Shown in pieces: positions 26,607 through 36,022 of a stretch of 64,000 bases of DNA. Where the stretch lies: the NCBI GenBank assembly GCA_001443455.1, contig LDXO01000001.1, positions 3,102 to 67,101 on the forward strand, read 5' to 3'. Under the pieces are notes generated by a model. It searched no databases. It had not been told where the DNA came from and was given only the letters and a program-made list of their open reading frames with translations. How positions within the stretch are numbered: the first letter of the stretch is position 1; each line of letters starts with the position of its first letter. Position numbers and translations under genes: made by a program. This DNA is from Deltaproteobacteria bacterium CSP1-8 (GTDB lineage: Bacteria > Desulfobacterota > Deferrimicrobia > Deferrimicrobiales > Deferrimicrobiaceae).

Positions 26607-27128
26607 GTGATGGGACGAGGGATGCGCAAAGACCCGGATGAGGTGGGCAGGAGGTCGTCGACGCTTGCCGGGAGCGTCCTGGTCCTGTTGGGCATTCTGC
26701 TGTTCGTGCCCGCGGGGGAAGGAAAGGATCCGGTGGCTGCCAAGCCATGCCAGCCCACCCGGGCCGACAGCGAGGGGCCTTTCTACAAGCCGGGGGCTCC
26801 CTTGCGTACGTCCACGGGCAGCGGGCTTGTGGTCAGGGGCCGGCTCCTCGGGGATCCCGACTGCAAGGCCTTGCCCGGGGGGCGGATCGAGTGGTGGCAG
26901 ACGGACCGGCGTGGTCGCTATGATGACGAACACCGGGGGAGCCAGAACGTGGATTCGGAGGGGGGCTACCGGTTCTCCACCGATTTCCCCGGCGTCTATC
27001 CCGGTCGTCCGCCGCACATCCATTTCAAGGCGCAAGCCCCCGGGTACCGGGCCCTCACCACCCAGCTCTATCTTCGCGGGGGGGAGCCGGAGGTCGAGTT
27101 CGACATCGTCCTCGTCCCGGAAAGGTGA
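26607..27128 (+). CDS. Intradiol ring-cleavage dioxygenase-like small secreted protein
   Basis: 173 aa with signal peptide. 'GRIEWWQTDRRGRY' and 'PPHIHF' blocks are typical of the dioxygenase C-terminal-domain family. Confidence 0.55.
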   Translation: MMGRGMRKDPDEVGRRSSTLAGSVLVLLGILLFVPAGEGKDPVAAKPCQPTRADSEGPFYKPGAPLRTSTGSGLVVRGRLLGDPDCKALPGGRIEWWQTDRRGRYDDEHRGSQNVDSEGGYRFSTDFPGVYPGRPPHIHFKAQAPGYRALTTQLYLRGGEPEVEFDIVLVPER

Positions 27129-27242
27129 GGATCCCCGGCGGTATTCCTTCCTGCCGGTCTTTCGTATACTGGGTTACGAATTCCACAGCATGGTTCCGCC
27201 TGAAGAGAACTTCCTGTTCCCGCGGTGCGCAGAGGGGGAGGG

Positions 27243-28196
27243 ATGAAAGTTCTCGTCACCGGATCGACCGGGTTGGTCGGATCGGCTCTTCTTCGTGTGC
27301 TTTCCGACGGGGGGCACATTGTCGACCGGCTCGTGCGCTCCTCCCCGGGGGATGAGGGTGGCGGGGGCCGGTGGGACCCGGAGGCCGGGATCCTGGACCC
27401 GGGGGGGCCGGGGGGGCATGAGGCCGTCGTTCACCTGGCCGGAGAGAACATCGCGGGAGCACCTTGGACCCCGGAGAGGAAGGCGAGGATACGGGACAGC
27501 CGTGTCAACGGCACCCGCCTCCTGTGCGAGTACCTCCATCGCCTCGAGCGCCCCCCCGAAACGCTGGTGTGCGCGTCGGCCGTCGGATACTACGGCGACA
27601 GGGGGAATGAGGTTCTCCGCGAGGAGAGCCCGCCGGGGAAAGGGTTCCTCGCCGGGGTCTGCCGGGAGTGGGAGGAGGCCACCGGGGAGGCCGCCCGGAA
27701 AGGGGTGCGGGTGGTCAACCTGCGCATCGGGATGGTCTTGAGTGCGGACGGCGGGGCGCTGGGGAAGATGCTGCCGGCCTTCCGGGCGGGCGTGGGGGGC
27801 CGGATCGGAAGCGGGAAGCAGTACGCGAGCTGGATCGCCCTATCCGACCTCGTCGGGGTGATCCTCCACGTCCTTGCGACGAATTCCCTTACGGGGCCCG
27901 TGAACGCGGTGGCGCCCCAGCCGGTGACGAACCGGGAATTCACGAAAACCCTGGGGCGAGTCCTCGGACGCCCCGCCATCGCCCTCCTGCCTGCCTTCGC
28001 CGCTCGCTTTCTTTTCGGGGAAATGGCGGACGAACTGCTTCTGGCCAGCACGCGCGTCGAGCCCGCGAAACTCCTTGCCTCGGGGTACCGGTTCCGTTTC
28101 CCCGAACTGGAAGGGGCGTTGCGGTGTCTTCTCGGGAGGGGTGATCCGGCGGGTTTGGACCGAAAAGAGCAGGAGCCTCAACAGGTTGATTCCTGA
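27243..28196 (+). CDS. Epimerase family NAD-binding protein (YfcH/SDR39U1-like, with C-terminal DUF1731-like region)
   Basis: Starts 'MKVLVTGSTGLVGSAL' (Rossmann GxxGxxG) and carries the C-terminal 'GPVNAVAP...FRFP' region typical of this family. Confidence 0.65.
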   Translation: MKVLVTGSTGLVGSALLRVLSDGGHIVDRLVRSSPGDEGGGGRWDPEAGILDPGGPGGHEAVVHLAGENIAGAPWTPERKARIRDSRVNGTRLLCEYLHRLERPPETLVCASAVGYYGDRGNEVLREESPPGKGFLAGVCREWEEATGEAARKGVRVVNLRIGMVLSADGGALGKMLPAFRAGVGGRIGSGKQYASWIALSDLVGVILHVLATNSLTGPVNAVAPQPVTNREFTKTLGRVLGRPAIALLPAFAARFLFGEMADELLLASTRVEPAKLLASGYRFRFPELEGALRCLLGRGDPAGLDRKEQEPQQVDS

Positions 28197-28201
28197 TCCA
28201 A

Positions 28202-28693
28202 TTATCCTTTGTCGATGATGATCTCAGCAGCAATCCGCACGGCACTCGCGACAACTTCCGCGCATTTCTCAGGCCCGCCGGAGGCGAAGTACAATGCAGA
28301 CTCTATGGGATTTGCCAGGTTGTACCTCTTTCCCAGCTTGGCCTCCAGGATGGCGCTGCACATGGTATTGCCTTGCTCTTTTTCGAACTGGCGACAGAAT
28401 TTCCGCGCGGGCGGTAATGAGCGCAGGTATCCTGGCATATCATCGATATTGTCGCGCCCGAAGACCAACCCGAGGGCCATGAGGGAGCCGATCACAGCAC
28501 CGCACGTCTCACCTCGGAGAGCAACCCCCGGAAAAGGTGTGAGGGCTTTTACAATCATGCCGTCGTCGAGGTTGAACTGTTCTTTAAGCACAAGGAAGGA
28601 AGTCTGAGCGCAGTTCCCGGATCGCAACAGTATCTGGTGGGCATGATCGCCAATTTTCTTCAGCACTTCCTCTTTGGAAGCTTCTCTATACAT
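28202..28693 (-). CDS. C_GCAxxG_C_C family protein
   Basis: Contains 'GNCAQTSF' (C-GCAxxG) and a second 'TCGAVIGS' block. Start at 'MYREASKEEV' (ATG 28693) with a good RBS. Confidence 0.6.
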   Translation of the reverse strand: MYREASKEEVLKKIGDHAHQILLRSGNCAQTSFLVLKEQFNLDDGMIVKALTPFPGVALRGETCGAVIGSLMALGLVFGRDNIDDMPGYLRSLPPARKFCRQFEKEQGNTMCSAILEAKLGKRYNLANPIESALYFASGGPEKCAEVVASAVRIAAEIIIDKG

Positions 28694-28894
28694 ATACCGA
28701 GGCCTCCTTTCATCGGGCAGATACTGCCTGCCTGACGCCAACGGGACGGAACTGCATAGATAATAGTTGAATTAGGGATGAGGCGGCAATTGGGTAGTGG
28801 GGTATCCAAGGGAGAAAGAGTGTCGGAAGGGAGACGGGGAAGGAACGTCGGGGAACGGCGGGGGAAACCGGGACGGGGGAGTTCCCGGGCCCGT

Positions 28895-29629
28895 TCAGTG
28901 CCGGAGGATCCTGGAGAGGAACAGCTGGGCGCGATCGGACCGGGGGGTGCCGAAGAAATCCTCCGTCGTGGCGTCCTCGACGATGCGGCCTTCGTCCATG
29001 AAAATCACGCGGTGGGCCACGTTCCTCGCGAACCCCATCTCGTGGGTCACCACCATCATGGTCATCCCTTCCCTGGCCAGGTCCTGCATGACGGCTAAGA
29101 CCTCCCCGATCATCTCGGGGTCGAGGGCCGACGTCGGCTCGTCGAAGAGCATGCAGATCGGGTCCATCGCGAGGGCCCGCCCGATCGCCACCCGCTGCTG
29201 CTGCCCGCCGGAGAGCTCGCCGGGATTCTTCTGCTCGAAGTCCTTGAGTCCCACCCGCTCGAGGAGGGCGTGGGCCTTCCGGAGCGCCTCGTCCCTGCTG
29301 CGGCCCAGGACCTTGATCTGCCCGACCGTCAGGTTCTCGATGACCTTCATGTGGGGGAACAACTCGAAGTGCTGGAACACCATCCCCACGTTCGAGCGGA
29401 GCTTGGGCAGGTTCGTCCCGGGAGCACCCACCCCGATGCCGTTGACGAGGATCTCGCCCTTCTGGAAGGGCTCCAACCCGTTGACGCACTTGATGAGCGT
29501 CGACTTCCCCGAGCCGGAGGGTCCGCAGATCACGACCACCTCCCCCTTTTCCACCTGGGAGGTGCATTCCGCGAGAACCTGGAAGGTTCCGTACCACTTG
29601 CTCACGTCCCGGATCTCGATCATGGCCAT
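28895..29629 (-). CDS. Polar amino-acid ABC transporter ATP-binding protein
   Basis: Walker A 'GPSGSGKST', signature '[15 protein letters not shown]', Walker B '[11 protein letters not shown]'. GlnQ/GltL-like. Confidence 0.9.
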   Translation of the reverse strand: MAMIEIRDVSKWYGTFQVLAECTSQVEKGEVVVICGPSGSGKSTLIKCVNGLEPFQKGEILVNGIGVGAPGTNLPKLRSNVGMVFQHFELFPHMKVIENLTVGQIKVLGRSRDEALRKAHALLERVGLKDFEQKNPGELSGGQQQRVAIGRALAMDPICMLFDEPTSALDPEMIGEVLAVMQDLAREGMTMMVVTHEMGFARNVAHRVIFMDEGRIVEDATTEDFFGTPRSDRAQLFLSRILRH

Positions 29630-29650
29630 GGGCTTATCCCCTCCGGGTCG

Positions 29651-30322
29651 TCAACGGACAACGGCGAGCTTTATCTGCAGCCTCTTCACGATCGAGGACA
29701 GGGTATAGCAGAGGGCGAAGTAGATAACCGCGGAGAACAGGTACATCTCCACGGGCCGGTTGTAGTTCTTTCCCGCAATATCCGCGGCCTTGAGCAGGTC
29801 CTTCGCGCCGATGGCGTAGACGAGCGAGGTGTCCTGGAAGAGGATGATCGTCTGGGTGAGCAGCACGGGGATCATGTTCCGGAAGGCCTGGGGGAGCACC
29901 ACGAGAGCCATCGTCTGCCAATAGGTCATGCCGAGGGCGTATCCCGCCATGACCTGGCCCTTCGCCACGCTCTGGATGCCGGCGCGCATGATCTCGCTGT
30001 AATAGGCCGCCTCGAAGGCGGTGAAGGTGATGAGCGCGGAGTACTCCGCGCCGATCGGCTTTCCGATGATCAGCGGGATCACGAGGAAGAACCAGAGGAT
30101 CACCATGAGCAGCGGGATGGAGCGCATGAGGTTCACGTACGCCGATGCGACCGCGGTCAGGGGCCGGCTTTTTCCCAGCCGCGCCATGGCCAGCAGCGTG
30201 CCGATCGCGATCCCCCCGCTCATCGCGATCAGGGTGAGGTTGGCGCTGAACTTCAGGCCGGTCCAGAGGAACGGGAGGCTCGGTTTGAGAACGCTGAGAT
30301 CGAGCTGGCCCAGCATCCCCAC
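29651..30322 (-). CDS. Polar amino-acid ABC transporter permease
   Basis: 223 aa, multi-TM, His/Glu/Gln/Arg/opine permease family pattern. Operon partner of the adjacent genes. Confidence 0.8.
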   Translation of the reverse strand: MGMLGQLDLSVLKPSLPFLWTGLKFSANLTLIAMSGGIAIGTLLAMARLGKSRPLTAVASAYVNLMRSIPLLMVILWFFLVIPLIIGKPIGAEYSALITFTAFEAAYYSEIMRAGIQSVAKGQVMAGYALGMTYWQTMALVVLPQAFRNMIPVLLTQTIILFQDTSLVYAIGAKDLLKAADIAGKNYNRPVEMYLFSAVIYFALCYTLSSIVKRLQIKLAVVR

Positions 30323-30329
30323 GCGCCTC

Positions 30330-31067
30330 CTACTTTGCCGCTGCGATATAGCCGGGCACGCGGCTTCTCTTTTCGATGAAGGCCATCATCCGGTTCGCGA
30401 TGAAGGCGCAGACGAAGTAGAGGACCGTGACGGCCAGGTAGGTCTCGATCCCCTGCTCGGAGTCCTCCTGCATCTGGCGGGCCTGGAAGGTCAGCTCCAG
30501 CACCCCGATGGCGAACGCCACGGACGAGTTCTTGAAGACGTTCATGAACTCCGAGGTGAGCGGCGGGATGATGATCCGGAACGCCATGGGCAGGAGAATG
30601 TACCGGTAGGTCTGGGGGAGCGTGAGGCCCATCGCCAGGCCGGCCATCCGCTGCCCCCGGGGGAGGCTCTGGATCCCCGCCCGCACCTGCTCGGCGATCC
30701 GGGCGGATGTGAACAGGCCGAGGCAGACCGTCGCGGTGACGAACTCCTTGGCCGGCATCTCCTGCTTGACCCACAGGGAGAGGTTCCGGGGGAGGAATTC
30801 CGGCACCACGAAGAACCAGAGAAACATCTGTACCAGGAGAGGAATGTTCCGGAACAGCTCCACGTAGGCGTTCCCCAGCCGGACCAGCCAGGTCCGGGGG
30901 GTCGTGCGGACGGTGCCGATCGCGAACCCAAGGAGGAGGGCGATGACCCACGAGGCGAGGGAGACGGCCACGGTCCAGCCCAGGCCGCTGATCAGCCACG
31001 AGAGGTACGTCTCGTCGCCGTACTTGATCTGCTCGAAGAAGATCCCCCAGTTCCAGTGGTACTTCAT
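30330..31067 (-). CDS. Polar amino-acid ABC transporter permease (second permease)
   Basis: 245 aa multi-TM permease; 7-nt gap to the downstream permease gene. Confidence 0.8.
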   Translation of the reverse strand: MKYHWNWGIFFEQIKYGDETYLSWLISGLGWTVAVSLASWVIALLLGFAIGTVRTTPRTWLVRLGNAYVELFRNIPLLVQMFLWFFVVPEFLPRNLSLWVKQEMPAKEFVTATVCLGLFTSARIAEQVRAGIQSLPRGQRMAGLAMGLTLPQTYRYILLPMAFRIIIPPLTSEFMNVFKNSSVAFAIGVLELTFQARQMQEDSEQGIETYLAVTVLYFVCAFIANRMMAFIEKRSRVPGYIAAAK

Positions 31068-31129
31068 TTCTCCTCCGGATTTGGGAAACGACGGGGCAGG
31101 GGGAGGCCCCCCTGCCCCGTCCGGCCGGG

Positions 31130-32041
31130 CTATTTCTTGTTATAGAACTCCGCCGGTGCGTCGCTCGGGTTCTTGATCAGCCCCTTGAGCGTCTCGCTCA
31201 TCGCGAAGTTCATGTTGACGTTCTTCGGCGGGATCGGCGACAGGAACCACTTGTTGTAGAGCTTCTCGATCTCGCCGCTCTTGATCAGTCCCCGGATGGT
31301 GTCGTCCGCGATCTTCTTGAACGCGGGGTCGTCCTTGCGCATCATGATCGCGATCGGCTCGATGTTGAGCACCTCGCCGACGATCGCGTACTCCTGGGGG
31401 TTCTTCGAGCTGGTGACGAGCCCGGCCAGCAGGTTGTCGTCCATCACGAAGGCGACGGCCCGGTCGGTCTCCAGGAGGAGGAAGGAGTCGGCGTGGTCCT
31501 TCCCGTACACCTCCTTGAAGTTGACGTTCTTCCCCTTCTCGTGGGCGCGCATGAGCTGCACCGAGGTGGTCCCCGAGGTGGTGGCCACCGGCTTGCCGTC
31601 CAGCTGGGACAGGCTGGTGATGCCCGACGCCTTCTTGACCACCATGCGCACGTTCGTCACGAACGTGGTCACGGCGAAGGCCACCTGCTTCTGGCGCGCC
31701 TCGTTGTTCGTGGTCGACCCGCACTCGATGTCCACCGTGCCGTTGGTGACCAGGGGGATCCGGTTCTGGGAGGTCACCGGCTGGTGCTGGACCTTGAGGT
31801 TCGCCTCTAGTTCCCTCTTCACCGCCTCCACGATCTTGTTGCAGATTTCGATGTGGTAGCCGATCGGTTGCTGCTTGTCGTCGAGGTAGGACAGCGGGTA
31901 CGAGGATTCCCGGATCCCCATCACGATGGTCCCGGATTCCTTCACCTTCTTGAGGGTTCCCGAAAGCTCCTGGGCGAAGGCGGGAGTCGTTGCCAGCAAT
32001 CCGGCGAGCAGGAAGAGCGACAGACGAAACCGGTAGATCAT
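31130..32041 (-). CDS. Amino-acid ABC transporter periplasmic substrate-binding protein (glutamate/aspartate-type)
   Basis: 303 aa with signal peptide 'LFLLAGLLATTPAFAQ'. Family-3 solute-binding blocks ('GTIVMGIRESSYPLSY', 'ECGSTT'). Confidence 0.8.
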   Translation of the reverse strand: MIYRFRLSLFLLAGLLATTPAFAQELSGTLKKVKESGTIVMGIRESSYPLSYLDDKQQPIGYHIEICNKIVEAVKRELEANLKVQHQPVTSQNRIPLVTNGTVDIECGSTTNNEARQKQVAFAVTTFVTNVRMVVKKASGITSLSQLDGKPVATTSGTTSVQLMRAHEKGKNVNFKEVYGKDHADSFLLLETDRAVAFVMDDNLLAGLVTSSKNPQEYAIVGEVLNIEPIAIMMRKDDPAFKKIADDTIRGLIKSGEIEKLYNKWFLSPIPPKNVNMNFAMSETLKGLIKNPSDAPAEFYNKK

Positions 32042-32296
32042 GGTCTTCTCCTTTCTTTGGTGGTTGCTGGGACGGATATGCCGGCATCCGCGGTATCCAC
32101 CCGTTTCCGTTCCTTAAAAAGACATTCCAAGGTGGACCCCTTCGAACCGGAATGTTCCGTTTTGCGGAGTAGACGTAGTATATAGCACATTTCATCGATT
32201 CCGGAATTCCTTCGTTGCCTTGAGGGAGCGGCCTGCGGGCGTACCGGGCCCCCCGTGTGGAGTCGATGCGGGGAACGCGATACACTGGAGCGCGAG

Positions 32297-33331
32297 ATGA
32301 TCGAGATCGACGGAAGCCGGGGGGAAGGCGGGGGGCAGATCCTGCGGACGGCCCTTGGCCTTTCCTGCCTTTCCGGCAAGCCGTTCCGGATCGTCAACAT
32401 CCGCAAGGGGCGGAAAAAACCGGGGCTTGCGCCCCAGCACCTTGCCTCCGTCCGCGCGGCGCGCGAGATCTCCGGCGCGGAAGTGGCGGGCGACCGGGAG
32501 GGGTCCGTCGAACTCGTCTTCTCGCCGGGAGCGGTTACGGGGGGCGACTTCTCTTTTGATGTGGGCACGGCGGGTTCCACCCTCCTCGTGCTGCAGACGA
32601 TCGTGCCGGCCCTCCTGTTCACCCGGAAGGAGAGCACCATCGCGATCCGGGGGGGGACGCACGTGCCGTTTTCCCCCTCCTTCCACTACGCGGCTTTCGT
32701 GCTTTTCCCGATGCTGAAAACGATCGGGTGCGTGGCGACCGTGGCCATCGAGTCGTACGGGTTCTACCCCAGAGGAGGAGGAAAGATCCGCGCGGAGATT
32801 CATCCCGCGAAAGGAGTCCGGCCTCTTCGCCTCGTGGAGAGAGGGAAAGCCCTTGCCGTGAGGGGGGTTTCCGCAGCGGGGAACCTGCCGCAGTCGATCG
32901 CCCTGCGTCAGCGGGACGCTGCGATCCGGGCGCTCCGGTCCCGGATGCGGGCCGAACCGTTCCCCGTCGACATCGAGGTCCTCTCCGTGCCGACGCCGGG
33001 ACAGGGAACATTTCTCTTCCTCTCGGTTGAGACGGAGCACTCCGTCGCCGGGTTCGCCTCCCTCGGGGAAAGGGGGAAGCGGGCGGAAGACGTTGGGGAA
33101 GAGGCCGCCGCGGCACTCGCGGCGCACTGGGAGACCGGCGCGGCCCTCGACCCGCACCTTCCGGACCAGCTGGCGCCATTTCTCGCCATGTGCGGAGAGG
33201 GCTCCGCCTTCACCACATCCCGGGTTACCGAACATCTGGTGACCAATCTCTGGACGATCGGGTTGTTCCGGGAATTTCGCTGCGCCGTGGAGGGGAAGAT
33301 CGGGGAAGCGGGGGAGGTACGGATCAACTGA
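32297..33331 (+). CDS. rtcA: RNA 3'-terminal phosphate cyclase
   Basis: Start 'MIEIDGSRGEGGGQILRTALGLS' (conserved RtcA N-terminus). Adenylation His region '...HLPDQL'. Confidence 0.8.
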   Translation: MIEIDGSRGEGGGQILRTALGLSCLSGKPFRIVNIRKGRKKPGLAPQHLASVRAAREISGAEVAGDREGSVELVFSPGAVTGGDFSFDVGTAGSTLLVLQTIVPALLFTRKESTIAIRGGTHVPFSPSFHYAAFVLFPMLKTIGCVATVAIESYGFYPRGGGKIRAEIHPAKGVRPLRLVERGKALAVRGVSAAGNLPQSIALRQRDAAIRALRSRMRAEPFPVDIEVLSVPTPGQGTFLFLSVETEHSVAGFASLGERGKRAEDVGEEAAAALAAHWETGAALDPHLPDQLAPFLAMCGEGSAFTTSRVTEHLVTNLWTIGLFREFRCAVEGKIGEAGEVRIN

Positions 33332-33650
33332 CCTCGACGGAGAAAAGAGGGGCGGAGATCGATTCCCCCCGGCAGACTGGGCATCTGCCCGGCTTGCTCG
33401 GCCTCTCCCGCTTCCGGAACACGAAGCCGCAGCCATTGCATTCGGCGGGCGTGACCGTCATGCGTCCCCCGAGCTGGCCGACGGTCTTTCTTACGTGGGG
33501 GAGGTGGGCGCACACCTCCTTCTCCGGAATGCCGGCGTGCGCGGAGATCTGCCGCGCGCTGAGGGGGCGTCCCGAGAGAAGGGAGAGGATCCTCCGGCGC
33601 ACCGTCTCCTTCCTGTCGGGGGGCGCGATCGGTTTGCCCCGTTCGGTCAT
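33324..33650 (-). CDS. Small transcriptional regulator: winged HTH fused to a C-terminal zinc ribbon
   Basis: 108 aa. 'ARQISAHAGI' HTH-like region plus the ribbon 'CNGCGF...CPVCRG'. Confidence 0.5.
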   Translation of the reverse strand: MTERGKPIAPPDRKETVRRRILSLLSGRPLSARQISAHAGIPEKEVCAHLPHVRKTVGQLGGRMTVTPAECNGCGFVFRKRERPSKPGRCPVCRGESISAPLFSVEVS

Positions 33651-33852
33651 GAACCGCGTCCCCTTCGTTTCCGCAGGTCTCCGGGGGAAAAAAGACGGAT
33701 ATCCCGGGTTCGGTGGTATCCCCGGGGTATTGTATCCTGTCCGGAAGCGGTAGGGGGGGGCAAGGTCCGGCCGTCATTCGGGGGGGGAGGAATCCCGTCG
33801 GACGGTTTTACGATCCAAAGGGTATTCTTCGACGAACGCCGGAGGTCGTTTC

Positions 33853-34266
33853 ATGGGACGGAAACAGGGTTCGCTTCTCGTCGTGTTTCTGGCCGTGCTT
33901 TTCGCCTGGTCGGCGACAGTGTCGGCAGCCGGGGGAGACGGGGTTCCGAGGTTTTCGAAGGACGAGCTGAAAGGTCTTCTCGGAAACCCGGACGTGGTGG
34001 TCCTGGACGTGCGCTTCGACGGCAACCTCGCACCGAGCCGGATCGCGGGGGCGGTTCACGAGGACCCGGAAAAGGTCGATTCCTGGGCGGGAAAGTACGC
34101 GCGGGAGAAAAGAATCGTCCTGTACTGTTCCTGAGTCAACGAGGCCACGAGCGCCCGGGTGGCGCTGCGTCTCAAGGCTCTCGGGTTCGCGAAGGTCTAC
34201 GCCCTGAAGGGCGGATGGAACGAATGGACCGCCGCCGGATTCCCGACGGAGCGGACGGGGAGATAA
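33853..34266 (+). CDS. Secreted single-domain rhodanese-like protein interrupted by an in-frame TGA (candidate selenocysteine codon, or pseudogene)
   Basis: Signal peptide, then a rhodanese fold ending '...RIVLYCS' at TGA 34132-34134. The same frame continues 'VNEATSARVALRLKALGFAKVYALKGGWNEWTAAGFPTE' to TAA 34264-34266. A hairpin AGCGCC-cgggt-GGCGCT lies ~15 nt after the TGA. Confidence 0.45.
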
Positions 34267-34273
34267 CGGAACG

Positions 34274-34945
34274 ATGTGCGGGCGCTTCACCCTGTTCGAT
34301 TCCTCCGATTCCCTGGCCGAATGGTTCGGCCTGGGGGAAGGGACATCCCTCTCGCCGCGCTACAACATCACTCCGGCCCAGGCGGTGGCGGTCGTGCGGA
34401 TTCCCGCGGAGGGGGCGGACCGGGAACTTGCCCTGCTGCGCTGGGGGCTCGTCCCCTCCTGGGCGAAGGACCCCTCCGTCGGATACAGGATGATCAACGC
34501 CCGCGCGGAGACCGTGGCCGAAAAGCCCGCCTTCCGCTCGGCGATCCGGCGGAGGCGTTGCCTGGTCCCCGCCGACGGGTTCTACGAGTGGAAGCGCACC
34601 GGGGGGAGGAAGCAGCCGTACTACGTCCGGATGCGCGACGGCGCGACCTTCGCCTTCGCCGGGATCTGGGAGTTCTGGAAGGGGGAAGGGGGCGACACGA
34701 TCGAGTCGTGCGCGCTGCTCACTACCGGTCCGAACGAACTTCTCGAACCGATCCACGACCGGATGCCCGTGATCATCCCCTCCCGGGGCTACGACATCTG
34801 GCTTTCCCCGATGGTTCAGGACCCGTCGGCGCTCACCTCCTTTTTCGCCCCCTATCCCGCCGGGGAGATGACCGCATACCCGGTGCGGACCCTCGTGAAC
34901 AACCCGAAAATGGACGAGCCGGCCCTGATCGAACCGCTCCACTGA
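34274..34945 (+). CDS. SOS-response-associated peptidase (SRAP/YedK family; abasic-site processing)
   Basis: Starts 'MCGRF' (catalytic Cys2), with conserved 'RYNIAP'-like 'RYNITPAQ' and 'DGFYEW' blocks. Confidence 0.8.
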   Translation: MCGRFTLFDSSDSLAEWFGLGEGTSLSPRYNITPAQAVAVVRIPAEGADRELALLRWGLVPSWAKDPSVGYRMINARAETVAEKPAFRSAIRRRRCLVPADGFYEWKRTGGRKQPYYVRMRDGATFAFAGIWEFWKGEGGDTIESCALLTTGPNELLEPIHDRMPVIIPSRGYDIWLSPMVQDPSALTSFFAPYPAGEMTAYPVRTLVNNPKMDEPALIEPLH

Positions 34946-35120
34946 CCACTTTCCCCTTCCCCGCACCGTTCCGGGGAAATTCCCGATGGAAAACAACCGG
35001 AACCGTATCTCCGGGGATGAGGAACCACTGCTGCCAGGAATTCATCTCAATAAAAGGAGTGGGCATTTTGGGGACCCAAGAGCAACACCTGGAGAAGTTT
35101 CGTGGAAGGAGGAACCGGAA

Positions 35121-36017
35121 ATGGAACAGACAACGGATCGCAGTTTCGATTTCCTTCCCATCAACGAACGGGGTCGAAAGCCGCGCAAAACCGGGATCAC
35201 GGAGATGCGGGGTCCGTACTACGCGCCGGTGGGGAAGCGGTACCTGCAGGACATCTTCGAGACGATGGGCACGTACGTCGACATCTTCAAGTTCAGCGGC
35301 GGTTCCTTCCGCCTGATGCCGAAGAAGGCGGTGAAGGAGTTGATCGATACGTGCCACGAGCACGACGTCCTGGTGTCCACGGGGGGGTTCATCGAACGGG
35401 TGCTGACCTACGGCCCCGACATGGTGGACCGGTATCTCGCGGAGTGCCGGGAGACGGGGTTCGACGTCGTGGAGGTGTCCAGCGGCTTCATCAGTGTGCC
35501 GTTGGATGACCTGCTGGGCATCGTGGAGAGGGTGAACGAGCTCGGGATGAAGGCGAAGCCCGAGATCGGCATCCAGTTCGGAGCCGGGGGGGCAAGCTCC
35601 GTCGAGGAACTCGAGGCGGAAGGGACCTCGGACCCGTCCCAGGCCATCCGTGCGGCAAAACGATACCTGGACGCCGGCGCCCACCTGATCATGGTGGAGT
35701 CGGAAGGGATCACCGAGAACGTCAGGAGCTGGCGCACCGACGTGGTCGCGAAGATCGTCAACGAGCTCGGGCTGGAGAAGGTGATGTTCGAGGCCGCCGA
35801 CCCGGCGGTGTTCAGCTGGTACATCAAGAATTTCGGCCCGGACGTGAACCTTTTTGTCGACCATTCCCAGGTGGTCCAGCTGGAAGCGTTGCGCTCCGGC
35901 ATCTGGGGGACGAAGAGCACGTGGGGCCGCATCGTGACCTACCGGGGGAAACCGGGAAAGGCGACGGCCGACCGGCCGAAACTGGTCGAGCCGGCGGCCA
36001 AGAGCGGGAAGAGGTGA
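35121..36017 (+). CDS. (2R)-phospho-3-sulfolactate synthase family protein (ComA-like)
   Basis: Start 'MEQTTDRSFDFLPINERGRKPRKTGITEM' with RBS 'ggaaggagg'. The block 'KPR..G.T' is typical of the ComA family. Confidence 0.65.
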   Translation: MEQTTDRSFDFLPINERGRKPRKTGITEMRGPYYAPVGKRYLQDIFETMGTYVDIFKFSGGSFRLMPKKAVKELIDTCHEHDVLVSTGGFIERVLTYGPDMVDRYLAECRETGFDVVEVSSGFISVPLDDLLGIVERVNELGMKAKPEIGIQFGAGGASSVEELEAEGTSDPSQAIRAAKRYLDAGAHLIMVESEGITENVRSWRTDVVAKIVNELGLEKVMFEAADPAVFSWYIKNFGPDVNLFVDHSQVVQLEALRSGIWGTKSTWGRIVTYRGKPGKATADRPKLVEPAAKSGKR

Positions 36018-36022
36018 TCGCC

